A stretch of 64,000 nucleotides of DNA from Candidatus Latescibacterota bacterium (GTDB lineage: Bacteria; Latescibacterota; UBA2968; GCA-2709665). Position 1 is the stretch's first letter. Each line of letters starts with the position of its first letter. Below are positions 1-11,308 of this stretch, piece after piece. The position numbers and the translations under genes were made by a program. The notes beneath the pieces are model-generated. The model searched no databases. It had not been told where the DNA came from and worked only from the letters and a program-made list of their open reading frames with translations. The stretch is from NCBI GenBank assembly GCA_963662665.2, contig CAXXJS010000008.1, positions 20,551-84,550 on the forward strand. The letters run 5' to 3'.

Positions 1-3000
1 CGGTGCGGTTGCAGACGTTCCTGAGGTTCGTCACCGACAGGTTGCTCAGAGCGCCGGCGGGATTACGCGCCCGGTCGCGGATCGGGTTGGTCCCCGGCGT
101 GTAGGCCAGCGCCACCGTCTCGCCCGTGTTCACGGCCGAGGCCAGGGTGAGCGTCACCACGGTGCTGCTCACCCCCACCGCCGTAACGCTTCGCGCCTCG
201 CTGTCTACGCTGACGGCAAAGTCGCCGTTCGCAGGTCTCGAACCGCTGTCGAGCACCTCTTCGTAGGTCAGTGTCAGCCGGGTGCCATTGACGCCCGCTT
301 CAGAGAGGGTGGGGGCTATTCCATCGACCTTGTGGCCGGACTGGTTGGCGCGCGCCACGTGCGCCAGGTCGGCATTGATCGTGGAGTTGTTCCTGACGAT
401 GCTGCCGCTGTTGAGCTTGAGGCAGTTGGCATTGATGGTCGCGCCATTGGTGTCTTCGTCGGTGTCCGCCACCGTGTACTGGAAGAGCAGCCGGGTTGTG
501 GTCGTGCCGCTCTTGTAGTCGGCCTTGCGCACGGTGGTACCGATCGTCAGGTCGACCTGCGGCGTGCCGGTGACGGTCACGGCCTCGCTGAACGTCGCGG
601 TGACGTCGATGACGTCGTCCTTCTTGTAGGTGTTGTTCTGTCCCGACGGCGGCGTGGAGGTAAAGGCAACGCTGGAGACCGTGGGGGCGGTGAGCGTGGT
701 CCCGCTGCCCGTATTGGACCATGGTCCCTTGCCTTCATCGTTCTTGGCCTGCACCTGGAACTGGTACGTCCTGCCCGCGCGGAGGGCGCCGAGAACCCGG
801 GAACGCGTCACGCTGCTGTCCGGAGAGACGGTGTATGACCCGCTGTCGCGGTATTGCAGGAAGTAATTCGTGATATCCGGACCGGTGTTTGATGGCTCGT
901 CCCAGCGCACGGTGAGGCTGCTTTCCGTGGTGTCGCTCACGGTGGGCGGGTCGGGCTTGCCCGGCGGTTCGACGTCGTCTTCGATGGTGACGGTGATAGT
1001 CTGCGCCGCCGTCAGCGCCCGGGTGTCCGTCCCGCCCGTCACCTCCACCTGGACGATGTATTCGTTGTCGCCCCCCGCGTCCGCCGGCCGTTCGAAGTCA
1101 GGGGCATCCCTGAAGTGCAGTTCCCTCGTGTTTTTGATTTCGAAGTCATCGCTGTCCGCGCCACCGGAGACGGCATATGCCGTGATGGCGTCGTCCCTGT
1201 CCGCGTCCTGTGCGGCCAGCCGCCCTGCCCTCAGGACGTTTTCGGCAACTGTGAACGTATCGACGCTTGTGAAACGGGGCGATTCGTTCTCGTCCGTGAC
1301 GTTCACGGTTATCGTCTGTGCTGCGGTCAGCGCGCGCCCACCCGCCCCGCCGGTCACGGTGACCTCGACGGCGTAGCTGTTGTTGCTTCCCGCGTCGGCG
1401 GGACCCTCGAAGTCCGGGTCATCCTTGAAGGACAACGTGCCGCCGCTGTTGATTTCGATCAGGTTTCTGTCCGCCCCGCCCGTGATGGTGTAATCGGTGA
1501 TGGCATCGCCCTGGTCCAGGTCGTCGGCACTGACACTGCCGGCGAAGGACTGGTTCTCCGCCGCCGCCAGCGTCGCCTCGCCGGCGAACACGGGCGCCTC
1601 GTTCAGATCCGTCAGGTCGATGGACACGGGGATGCTGCCCTCGCCGCCGTGGCCGTCGGTGGCCTTCACGTCTACGGAGAAACGTGGCGTGGCCTCGTAG
1701 TCGTATGTATTCCCCGATCTGGTTTTGAGCTGCCCGCTACGCGTGTCGATGGAGAACGAGTCCGCGTGCGTGCCTTCCAGCGCGTAGGCCAGAGTGGTCA
1801 TCTCCGCGTCCGTGGCGCCCACGGGATCGCCGACGTCCTTCACGCCGGTGGTGTTCTCCGCCAGGGTGCGCGTGGCGCTGGCCCCGTCGGTGAACACCGG
1901 CAGCTGATTGGGGTTGGTGCTTCCCGAACCCGATTCGGACCAGTCGCTCGTGCCTTCCGGAAAGCGCGCCAGCACCTGCACCTGGTAGCTCGTGCCCGGG
2001 GTGCGGCCCGTGATGGTTGCACTGCGCTCGGCGCTGTTGTGCGTCCACGCACTGAAGCCGCCGCTGTCCCCTTCCCGATACTGCACGTCGTAGTCGTTGA
2101 TGTCCGGGCCGGTGTTTGCCGGCTCGTCCCACGTCACCTCCAGGCTGGTGGATGAGGCCGCTGTAACGTCCGGCGCGTCCGGCGTGCCGGGTCTTTCCTG
2201 CTGGTCCGTCAGGTTGATCCTGACCGCAATGGTGTTGCTGCCGCCTTGACCGTCTTCGACGCGCACGATCACGTCATAGCGGGGCTTCGCCTCAAAGTCA
2301 TAGGTCTGTCCCGACAGGGTTTGCAATTGGTTGCCGTCGAGTTCGAAGGCGGCCCGGTCCGTGCCTTCCAGGTCGTAGGTGAGCGTGCCCCCGTCGGTAT
2401 CCCTGGCGGCGAACGCATTGCCGATATCGTGTGTGCCCGTGGTGTTCTCAGCTAATGAGCGCGTGGTGCTCGTGCCCTCGTTGAACGTCGGCGCCCTGTT
2501 GGCGACGGTCCGCGCGTCTGCCGACTCGGACCAGCCGCTTTCTCCTTCGGGAGACCGCGCCAGCACCTGCACACGGTAGCGCGTGTTGGCACTCAGGCCG
2601 GTGACGGTCGTGGTCGTGCCGGGCCCGGTATGCAGCCAGTTGGTGAAGGCGCCGCCGTCCTCGCTGTACTGCACGTCGTAGTCGTTGACGATGGGGCCCG
2701 TGTTAGCAGGCGCCGTCCATCGGATGGACAGGCTGTTCAACGTCTGTGCCGTGACCGTGGGCTTGCCGGGCGCCTCCGGTTCCTCGGTGTCGTCGTCGAT
2801 CACATTTATGGTCACGGTGATGGTCGCGCGTCCGTCCTGCTCGTCCTGGGCTTCCACCGTGACCGAATAGCGGTCCTTCGTCTCGAAGTCGTAGTCGACG
2901 CCCGTTCTGGTCTGCAGCTGACCGGTGTTGGTGTCGATATCAAAGCTCTCCACGTCGCCGCGGGTGAGGCTGTACGTCACCGTGGTATTCTCCGGATCGG

Positions 3001-5326
3001 ATGCACTGACCGGGGCGCCCAGGCCGGTTGTCCCGGTCGAGTTCTCTGTCACCTCACGCGTGGCGCTGCGGCCCTCGTCGAACACCGGCGGGAGATTGCT
3101 ACTTGTGGACCCGAAGCCGGAGCGCGACCATAGTGATGTTCCTTCGTCGTTGGTTGCCCGCACCTGCACCTCGTAGCGGGTGTTGACGTCAAGGTCGCTG
3201 ATCGTCGCACTCGTCCCAAGCCCATCGTGCGAATGGGGAATGAAGTTGCCGCTCTGCCGGTATTGCACGTCATAGTCGGTGATGTCCGGACCGGTGTTGT
3301 CGGGCGCGTCCCACGTGACCGTCAGGCTGGTGGTGGAGGCCGGTTGGACCTGCGGTGCGGCAGGAATTGCCGGCGGTTCATTCACGTCGGCCACGTGGAT
3401 GGTCACGCCAATGGTTGCCGATTCGCCGAAGGGGTCCTCGGCTTGCAGATCAATGGAATACCGGTCGTTATCCTCGAAGTCGTACGTGATACCCGACAAC
3501 GTGCGCAACTGCCCACTGCCCGTGTCCACGGAAAAGCTCGCGGAGTCCGGTCCACTGAGATGGTACGTCACGCGGTGTCCGTCCGGATCGGTGGCGTTAA
3601 CCGGATGCTGGATGGGCCGGCGCGCCGGCGTGTTCTCCGCCACGGTGCGCGACGTGTTCGACCCGTCATCAAACGTGGGCGCACGATTGTTTTGGGGCGG
3701 CGGGGGTGGCGGGGGCGGAGGTGGCGGGATGAACGGCCCGATGGGCCCCACGGGACCACCGGGGCCGCCTGTACCGGGAGGGGGTGGTGGGTTTGTGACG
3801 ACAACGCCGAAAGTCGTTTGCGCGCTGTTTCCGTACGCGTCACCGGCCGTCGCGGTGATGGTGGCGGGTCCCGCCACAACGCCGCGCACCACAGCCAGCG
3901 TATCCGCCACCGTGACCGTAGCGATGGCTTCATCCGACGACGTTGCCCCGTACGTCAGCATCCCCAGCGCAGGACGCGTGAACAGGCTGGCAAGGTTAAC
4001 CCGCGCGTCGCTGCCCCGGACCACCGTCAGTTCGCCGACGACGCCTAGCGGCCGCGGACCCACCGTGGGCGCCCCGGAAATGGGATCGGACCACGGGCCC
4101 GCGCCCTCATCGTTCAACGTACGCACGCGCACATCATACGCCTGCTCGTTGGTCAGACCCGTAATCGTCACGCTCGTATCCGTGCGGCCCTCCACCAGCA
4201 GCACCCCCTCCGGCCATGTCTCGGCCTCTGCCTGCTTATGCCCCACCTCGTACCCGCTCACAGGCGGCTTGCCATCCTCGTCGACCGACGCAACCCAGCT
4301 TACGCTCAACGCCGTATCGCGAGGGGCCACCACCACCGAGTCAGGCGCCGCGGAAGGGGGCTCGTCCACGTCGGTAACCGCGATGCCAACTACGATGGTG
4401 GCGCGGCCTCCTTCTCCGTCGGTGGCGCGTACGGTCACGGAGTAGGTGTCCATGGCTTCGTAATCGTAGGCGATCCCCTCCTTCGTCAGCAACTGACCAG
4501 TGCCCGATGCAATCGAAAAACTGTCCGCGTGCACGCCACGCAGGCGGTACGTCAGCGAGTCGCCGTCGGCGTCCGTGGCCGACACCGGGTCGCCGACGGG
4601 CTCACCGGCTGCCGTATTCACTTCCACCGTGCGCGTCACCGGTGGGGTGGCGCTAAACAGCGGCGAGCGGTTGGCCTCCTCGCCGAAACTGCTGGCGAAG
4701 ATCACGAAATCGTCGAAACCGATGCCGCCGTCGCTGTTCAGATCATACGCCGCCGCATACTTGCCGTCGCCACGCCGTGCCCCGAACACCCCGGCAAAGG
4801 CCACGAAGTCCGAAAAGCCAACAAGACCGTTGCCGTCGAAGTCGCGAGAAGGGGGCGCGGCAACCTGCAACGCCACAGCCAAAGCCGGCCAGATCGTCTC
4901 GGTCTGCCCGTCCCGGGTCAGTTCAGCGTCCACCAGCCACACCTCCGTGTCCGAGAAGGCAGCCGTCGTGCCAAAACGCACGGTACCGACAAGGCCCGCG
5001 TTCACCGTTGCCGTTCCGGAAAGCGAAGAGACACCGATGGTAAGGGACGTGGTGTCCTGCTGGAAGATCGCCTGCGGGCTCGGCAGCGCCCCACCGGCGT
5101 CGAAGCCCTCGTATACGACCTGGGATGCGTCGAAACCCAGGCGCGCGGACATGCCGGTGGCGCCCTGAATATTCTTGCCGAAGATCTGGATGGAAAACGG
5201 CTGATCGGGAAGGAGGTCGAGCGAGGAGACGGACTGGTCGCCTGCAGCGTCGTCCAGGTCCAGCGAGACGGAAAATCCGCTAGGCTGCGTGGACGGCGAC
5301 CAAGGTATAACCTTGATTGCTCTGTG
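1..5326 (-). CDS. Large modular surface/adhesin protein (cohesin-like, EF-hand/dockerin-like, cadherin-like and fibronectin type III repeats, Pro-rich linker, SwmB-like repeat); 3' end outside window
   Basis: One continuous minus-strand frame, absent from the ORF track because no stop falls in the window. Motifs: DFDGNGLVGFSDFVAFA...YDLNSDGGIGFDDF (dockerin-like), repeated NTGPDIxDYDVQYR and YxVQVxA (FN3), ENT...GxPVxATD..YDYE (cadherin), poly-Pro near 3695-3790. In-frame TAG at 5327-5329; first in-frame ATG at 5152. Confidence 0.85.
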
Positions 5327-5418
5327 CTATCGACACCCTATTCAGAAACGTCGGATTACGCGACGGTTACGTGAAAAACACACGCCCTTTGCAACGGCGG
5401 GGCCGCGTAAGGCACGGT

Positions 5419-5471
5419 TTCGAATATTCGAATTGATATTGAATATCGAAATGTATATTTTAGATATACAT
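5419..5471. promoter_or_regulatory. AT-rich palindromes upstream of the ATPase gene (possible operator)
   Basis: Perfect palindrome TTCGAATATTCGAA (5419-5432) and ATGTATAT...ATATACAT (5451-5471) overlapping the start codon. Confidence 0.35.
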
Positions 5472-6630
5472 GTATAATCGAATATTACATTTAGATCTGA
5501 CCAGGCAACAAACGTGCTTTCTATGGGGTCCGCGACAGACCGGAAAGAGTACGCTCATCCGCACGTTGTATCCCCGGGCAAGGCGTTACGACCTCCTGCT
5601 GGCCGACGTGTATCGCGCACTGATCGATCGCCCCGAACTGATTCGCGAGGAATGTCTCGCTGCAGGATTGGATGGCGAATCGCAGGTCGATCCCATTGTG
5701 ATAGACGAAGTCCAGAGGATTCCGGAACTTCTGAATGAAGTGCACTGGCTCGCGGAAAATAAGGGGTTGCGTTTTCTTTTGTGTGGTTCGAGCACGAGGA
5801 AGTTGAAACGTGGCGGAGGCAATCTGCTCGGGGGGCGCGCGGTCCGTTATCAGTTGCACCCGTTGGTTTCTGCCGAGATCCCGGATTTTTCCCACGAAAA
5901 GGCGCTGAACGCCGGTCTGTTGCCCCGGCATTACCTGAGCGCACGACCACGCCGGTTGATTCAGGCCTATGTTGGCGACTACCTTCGGGAAGAAATCGCA
6001 GCCGAAGCGCTGACGCGAAACATCCCGGCGTTCAGCCGATTTCTCGAAGTCGCCGCGTTATCGAACGGCGAGTTGATCAACTACAACACGATCGCCGCGG
6101 AATGCGGCGTGAGCGCGCCCACTGTGAAGGGGTATTTCCAAATCCTGGAGGACACGTTGATCGGGAGCTTCGTGCCCACGTTTCGAAGGCGTGCAAAGCG
6201 CCGCGTCGTCGGCGCGCCTCGATTCTACTTCTTCGACATCGGTGTCGTGGCGCACCTGACCGGACGAGGGCAGATCCAGCCGGGTTCGGAGTTATTCGGA
6301 CGCGCGTTTGAACATTTCATATACATGGAAGTGTCAGCGTATTCCAGCTATTCAGGCACATTTTACCCGGTATCGTACTGGCGCACAACGTCCGGTTTCG
6401 AGGTCGATTTTATCTTGGGTGACGTCGCCCTGGAGGTCAAGTCGACGTCCAGGATCCAGGATAGACACCTGAAGGGTATTCGTGCATTCAAGGAAGAGTT
6501 CAATATGGCCCGATATCTCGTTGTCTCACGGGACGCGTCACCGCGCCGGACCGCGGACGGGATACTGATCCTGCCATGGCGGGATTTTCTCGAGCAGCTT
6601 TGGAGTGGCGCGATTCTCCCGCCCGCGTAG
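5470..6630 (+). CDS. AAA_14 family ATPase with DUF4143 C-terminal domain
   Basis: Walker A GPRQTGKST, Walker B IDEVQ, C-terminal YWRT..GFEVDF..EVKS nuclease-like motif. Confidence 0.9.
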   Translation: MYNRILHLDLTRQQTCFLWGPRQTGKSTLIRTLYPRARRYDLLLADVYRALIDRPELIREECLAAGLDGESQVDPIVIDEVQRIPELLNEVHWLAENKGLRFLLCGSSTRKLKRGGGNLLGGRAVRYQLHPLVSAEIPDFSHEKALNAGLLPRHYLSARPRRLIQAYVGDYLREEIAAEALTRNIPAFSRFLEVAALSNGELINYNTIAAECGVSAPTVKGYFQILEDTLIGSFVPTFRRRAKRRVVGAPRFYFFDIGVVAHLTGRGQIQPGSELFGRAFEHFIYMEVSAYSSYSGTFYPVSYWRTTSGFEVDFILGDVALEVKSTSRIQDRHLKGIRAFKEEFNMARYLVVSRDASPRRTADGILILPWRDFLEQLWSGAILPPA

Positions 6631-6753
6631 CCTCTACTCTTATGACTCCCCACGTGTCCCGTCCTTGCCTCTCCGCTTTTTCTGTCCACTCCTTCCTGTT
6701 GTCCCTCCCGCTCTTGCCGCGACACCCTGTTCAGCCGGTTCGGCCTGCCGGCG

Positions 6754-7614
6754 CTATCCCACAATCGCGTTGATATCCTGAACCACAATATCCGTCGCGC
6801 CAAGGGTTCTGAGGCGTATCAGGAGTCCTGCCGTCTGTGACCTGGGCACCACGGTTTCGATCGCGCTGGCGCAATCCGACAGAGGACTGAGTGTCGGCGC
6901 GCGGCGGGCGGGCAGCGCGTCCAGGACGGCGCTCTTCTGACAGTTGTCCACGTTTAACTTGATGAGGTGCTGGTTTTCGGCCTCGAGCGCACCGGCCAAC
7001 AGGTCTCCCAGGGCGACGAATTCAGAAATTCGGCTGCGCGCAATAACGACGATGGGTGATACCATGATTTCGTCGACGATTTCCAGGCCGTTTTCGCGCA
7101 GACTGACGCCCGTTATCGTGACGCCCACGCCGTAGTCGAAGAGCTTCATCGCCACCTTGATTTCCGTGCTGCCGTGCGAGAAGTCGATGTCCGCACTCGG
7201 ATATCGGTCGCGTGTGATCGCCGGATATTCCGAACTGATTGTAACTGTCGCATTTTGCGACAGTGGCGGACTGTCGGGACGACCGAACAGAACGACGCGG
7301 GCCGGGTCGCGGGTGTCACGGCTTAAGCGCAACTCCTGGAGGCGCTGGATGCGGGCGTCGAAATCGCCTGTCTGTGCCAGTTCGGATTCAACCACGCAGT
7401 CCAGTCCGCAGATGCCGCAGTCAATCTGTCTCTTCAACAGGGCGGTTGGAATGTCCTGCGGTCGCATATAGACGGTGTGATTGAAAAGATCGAGCCCGTC
7501 CACGGAGACCTGGCCGTTGCGTCCTCTTGGGCGGATGTCCAGACCGATTCGTGAGAGCAAGTCGCACAGCGGAGCCTGCATGCTGCCGTTGGGCAGACCG
7601 AGCGTGAAGTTCAT
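6754..7614 (-). CDS. hisG: ATP phosphoribosyltransferase (long form)
   Basis: GLPNGS, RPQDIP, GICGLD, SHGSTE, TGxSLRENGL; C-terminal PT(L)SPL...GATDI regulatory domain. Confidence 0.9.
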   Translation of the reverse strand: MNFTLGLPNGSMQAPLCDLLSRIGLDIRPRGRNGQVSVDGLDLFNHTVYMRPQDIPTALLKRQIDCGICGLDCVVESELAQTGDFDARIQRLQELRLSRDTRDPARVVLFGRPDSPPLSQNATVTISSEYPAITRDRYPSADIDFSHGSTEIKVAMKLFDYGVGVTITGVSLRENGLEIVDEIMVSPIVVIARSRISEFVALGDLLAGALEAENQHLIKLNVDNCQKSAVLDALPARRAPTLSPLSDCASAIETVVPRSQTAGLLIRLRTLGATDIVVQDINAIVG

Positions 7615-7617
7615 GGG

Positions 7618-8046
7618 TTACTCCGAGATGGTTTCAGGATCCGTGAATTCAAGCTTTCCGTTGGCTATGCTGCGGTAATAGCAGCCGTAGCGCGCCCGAT
7701 CGTTGGCTTTCGTGTGGCACGATCCCTCGCCTCTCAGGCGCACCAGATAGAGCAGCGAGTTCTGCTCGCAGTTGACGCGCACGTCGATTAATTCGAGCAT
7801 ATCTCCCGACGTCGCGCCTTTGATCCACAGTTCGTTGCGCGACGTGCTCCAGAAAGTTGCCAGGCGGTGTTCGAGCGCGTGATCGAGCGCATGTTTATTC
7901 ACGTAACCGATCAGGAGAACGGCTTTGCTGTCCACGTCCTGTACGGCCGCGGGGATGACGGAATGGCCGGTCTGCGCAACCCTGTTCAGCTTCTCGTAGT
8001 CGAGTTGGATCTCCGCGCCTTCTTCGAGGACGTTATCATTGGACAT
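7618..8046 (-). CDS. hisI: Phosphoribosyl-AMP cyclohydrolase
   Basis: FWSTSRNELWIKGATSG, NCEQNSLL, SCHT, CYYR motifs. Confidence 0.92.
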   Translation of the reverse strand: MSNDNVLEEGAEIQLDYEKLNRVAQTGHSVIPAAVQDVDSKAVLLIGYVNKHALDHALEHRLATFWSTSRNELWIKGATSGDMLELIDVRVNCEQNSLLYLVRLRGEGSCHTKANDRARYGCYYRSIANGKLEFTDPETISE

Positions 8047-8080
8047 GGCGAGTTCCTTCCTTCATGGGATTGGGTGTCAT

Positions 8081-8803
8081 TCATGCTTTATCGATGATTG
8101 CGACGTAGACGGTTCCCGTTTCGGGGATAAATCTGGAAATCCGCCATCCGGAGTCTTCCAGAATGAGTGCCATCTCCTTGCGGGAAACCATGAGATATTC
8201 GAACCAGGCGTCGATATATCGTTCGTACCGGATCCGGAATCTGAGCTGGCAGGAGAACTTGCCGCGCCTCCGGTTGGATTCGTGATAGTCCAGATGCGCC
8301 TTGCTCGCGGTTGTATAGGGATCCCGGGATTCGGCGATGATTCTACCACTCGACGATGTCATATTGCGCATTTTCCTCAACAACCACCGGGCGCGTTTCA
8401 AGTTGGCGAACAGACCGAAATTGTTGCCCATCATCAACAGGGTGTCGAACTTGCCGAGCCGGAAGGATATCTGCGTGACGTTCAATACGCTGGCTTTTTG
8501 CAGGCCGCGCTCGCGGGCAACCTTGACGGCCAGGGGCGAGGCATCGATCCCCAGGACGTCGAATCCCTTTTGCTGCAGGTGGATGGCGTGCCGGCCCGGT
8601 CCGCAGCCGATATCGAGTACGCGCCCTGACACATAGTCCATCGATTCCTGCTGGTGAACAGACCAGTCGTGAAAGGGCTTGAAATAGTCGCTTGATTTGC
8701 CGGCGGAAATAAACCCGTCGTCGCGTTCCACGATTTCCTGTGCGGGTATGCCGCGATGAAGGTCCCACATCATCCGTCCGTATGCGTCGTCATTGTGTGC
8801 CAT
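8081..8803 (-). CDS. Class I SAM-dependent methyltransferase
   Basis: VLDIGCGPGRH, GIDASP, FDTLLMMGNN. Confidence 0.88.
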   Translation of the reverse strand: MAHNDDAYGRMMWDLHRGIPAQEIVERDDGFISAGKSSDYFKPFHDWSVHQQESMDYVSGRVLDIGCGPGRHAIHLQQKGFDVLGIDASPLAVKVARERGLQKASVLNVTQISFRLGKFDTLLMMGNNFGLFANLKRARWLLRKMRNMTSSSGRIIAESRDPYTTASKAHLDYHESNRRRGKFSCQLRFRIRYERYIDAWFEYLMVSRKEMALILEDSGWRISRFIPETGTVYVAIIDKA

Positions 8804-8882
8804 TTTTCAGATACCTTTCAAGGATGAGCGAATCCTGCGTCATTATCGGCATCTACGAATCTGTCCTTCACGGGCATCCATT

Positions 8883-8912
8883 AAAAAAGCCCACTGTCTC
8901 TCGACAGCGGGC
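8883..8912 (-). terminator. Intrinsic terminator of the putative his attenuator
   Basis: Minus strand GCCCGCTGTC-GAGA-GACAGTGGGC-TTTTTT, 28 nt after the leader stop codon. Confidence 0.8.
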
Positions 8913-8940
8913 GTTCATTGGCAACACTTGAAATTCAGTA

Positions 8941-9084
8941 CTAATCCACCGCCGAGCAGAATGTGTTTCGAGTCGCCGTACCCGCATGATGGGTATGGCG
9001 ATGGGCGGTATGGGCACACCGGGAGCCCGTACGAACATCGCTCGGTTCCCGCGGCGTGACAGGAATGTTGTTCAGTGTATTCAT
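8941..9084 (-). CDS. His-rich leader peptide (hisL-like), 47 aa
   Basis: MNTLNNIPVTPREPSDVRTGSRCAHTAHRHTHHAGTATRNTFCSAVD has 5 His in 9 codons and lies directly before a terminator upstream of hisI/hisG. Confidence 0.72.
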   Translation of the reverse strand: MNTLNNIPVTPREPSDVRTGSRCAHTAHRHTHHAGTATRNTFCSAVD

Positions 9085-9291
9085 GGCGGACCCAAAATAG
9101 ACAAGCAGCATTTGCGCGTCAAGGTTTTTCTTTCTGGCGCACACCCTGTGGGCCTCGCCCTTTTGCGTTGTATCCGATGTTTTGATTGGCTATTTTACGG
9201 CGAATTGATGAGAAGCAGCGATCAGCGGCGCGCGAAAGAAGGCGCACACGGAGCCACGAAGAGACGCAATCGAATAGCGGGCAACCACAAG

Positions 9292-9421
9292 AGGCGGGGA
9301 GACGGTGGACGGGAGACGGGAGATGATGTGAGTGCCCGTGTGGTTTCATTTCTTGCCGGTGGCATAAAGGAAGAACCAATTCGGCGAGGACGTCTTCTCC
9401 CCTCGACCCTCTCCCCGCTTT
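9292..9421 (+). repeat. Repeat family B (~130-bp REP/MITE-like), copy 1
   Basis: AGGCGGGGAGACGG...GGTTTCATTTCTTGCCGGTGGCAT.AAGGA.GAACCAAT...TCTCCCCGCTT; similar to the copies at 11508, 26626 and 52675. Confidence 0.7.
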
Positions 9422-9547
9422 CCGATAAGGGCAAGGGAGAGGGGACGTTAAGGGATGGGGAATAATTGACATCAGGTGTTGCGGTACTCGGTGTGTTTCG
9501 GAAGTATTTTGACTGATCAGGCGGTCTATTGATCGAAAGGAATTCCA

Positions 9548-11308
9548 ATGTCAAAGGTAAATCCAAATGCACTGACCGTTTCTATCGAGACGCCCATGCC
9601 GCCCCCGGAATGGGCGTTGCTCGAAAGAGCGCTAATCCGGTCGCAGACGCGTGCGTGCGAAGAATTCTTCGATCGTTACTTCGATTCGCGGGGATATCTC
9701 CAATGTGTGCCGCGGTGGGGAGGTAACGACGGTCCGGACGACGCCATCGAGAACCTGACGGGCTGGCCGATTCTGCACGCGGTCGGCGCTCCGGATTGCA
9801 TTCTTGACATGTACAAGCTGGGGTGGGAGGGGCACCTTCTGCAATATACGGAGGCAAAAACCGTGGAGGTGCCGCTGGCCCGGGACGGGATGATCTATAA
9901 AGAGTTTCCGGTAAGCCTGGATTGGTTCCACCACGGCGAAAGCCTGGCCGTCTTCAATCTGCAGGGATTGTCGGACCCGTACGACATCAACTTTCGGCAC
10001 CGCGCGCGCCGGTACGCGGGATTCTACATGGATGAGGATCCGCAGGCGGAGAATTACGATCCGGAGCACAAGATTATCCGCAGTCTGTTTAACGGCAGCC
10101 GCGGGCCCCTGCTCCGGAAGGCGACGGCGCTGGACTGGGCCGGAGACCCGATTGAAGTGGAGGGGCGGTTCGACCCGGCGCATGGTGAGCGCAATTTCGA
10201 GGAGATGCTGGCGCATTTCGAGGATTATACGGACGTGGTTGGCGACCACCCCATCAATCTGGCGGCCACCACGCTGGGTCTGAACGCCTATATGGTGGCT
10301 GGCGAGAATAAGTACCGGGACTGGCTGGTGGAGTACGTGGATGCCTGGGCGGAGCGCGCCGACGCGAACAACGGGATTCTCCCCAGCAATATCGGATTGG
10401 ACGGCGCCATTGGCGGTGAATGCGATGGCAAATGGTACGGCGGGTGCTACGGCTGGGGTTTCACGGTCGTGGTGCCTCAGACGGGTGCGTTGTCTAACCG
10501 AAACGCAACGTACCGGGGTGTCGCGGGCTTCGGCAACGCGCTGTTGCTGACGGGCGAACAGAAATACGTGGACGTATGGCGCAGGATGCTAGACGCGGTG
10601 AATGCGAATTCGAGGGACGTAAATGGAAAAACCCTGTACCCGCACATGTTTGGGGACGACGGCTGGTACGCGTACGAGGAAATGCCCTACAGTCAGGGCG
10701 CCCTGGACGTCTACTACTGGTCGATGGATCGCGAGGACTTGAAATACGTACCGGAAAACGCATGGTTGAAGTTTCTGGATGGAGAAAACAAGGGATTTGC
10801 GGACGCTGTGCTTCGTAGGGAATTTGCCTCGATCCGTGAGAAGGTGCGCGGCATGCGTCGTGACACCAGTACGCCCGATACCCGGATGTCGGACGATACA
10901 CTGAAGTACAACCCGGCCATCAACAGCTGTCTGACCCAATTGATGCTGGGCGGATTGACGCCCCGATACGGCGAGCCCCTGCATTGCCGCCTGCGGTATT
11001 TCGACCCCGCGCGGCGTCGGGCGGGGACTCCTGAGGACGTGGCGGCGCTCGTGGAGGGATTGACCGACGAAACGGTCACGGTCTCGCTGGTGAACGTGAA
11101 TCCGGTGGATCATCGGACGGTAATCGTCCAGGCGGGGGCCTATGGCGAGCACCAGGTAACCGCGGTTCAGATCGACGACGAGACCCATTCAATGGACTTT
11201 CCGTTCTTCACGGTACAACTGGCGCCCGGAAGCGGCAGCCGGCTTTTGGTTACCACGAAACGATATGCGAATCGGCCGACGTTCGTATTTCCGTGGGACA
11301 GGGAATAA
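9548..11308 (+). CDS. Conserved hypothetical protein (586 aa), possibly an alpha/alpha-toroid carbohydrate-active enzyme
   Basis: Long ORF with AAGGA RBS and Trp/Tyr/Asp-rich composition; family not recognised with certainty. Confidence 0.7.
   Translation: MSKVNPNALTVSIETPMPPPEWALLERALIRSQTRACEEFFDRYFDSRGYLQCVPRWGGNDGPDDAIENLTGWPILHAVGAPDCILDMYKLGWEGHLLQYTEAKTVEVPLARDGMIYKEFPVSLDWFHHGESLAVFNLQGLSDPYDINFRHRARRYAGFYMDEDPQAENYDPEHKIIRSLFNGSRGPLLRKATALDWAGDPIEVEGRFDPAHGERNFEEMLAHFEDYTDVVGDHPINLAATTLGLNAYMVAGENKYRDWLVEYVDAWAERADANNGILPSNIGLDGAIGGECDGKWYGGCYGWGFTVVVPQTGALSNRNATYRGVAGFGNALLLTGEQKYVDVWRRMLDAVNANSRDVNGKTLYPHMFGDDGWYAYEEMPYSQGALDVYYWSMDREDLKYVPENAWLKFLDGENKGFADAVLRREFASIREKVRGMRRDTSTPDTRMSDDTLKYNPAINSCLTQLMLGGLTPRYGEPLHCRLRYFDPARRRAGTPEDVAALVEGLTDETVTVSLVNVNPVDHRTVIVQAGAYGEHQVTAVQIDDETHSMDFPFFTVQLAPGSGSRLLVTTKRYANRPTFVFPWDRE

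Noticed and set aside
282-5374. Many long plus-strand ORFs (e.g. 3279-4445, 4238-5374)
   Set aside because: Antisense shadows of the minus-strand surface protein.
6635-6745. Pyrimidine-rich tract between convergent genes
   Set aside because: No clear terminator, repeat or supported ORF.
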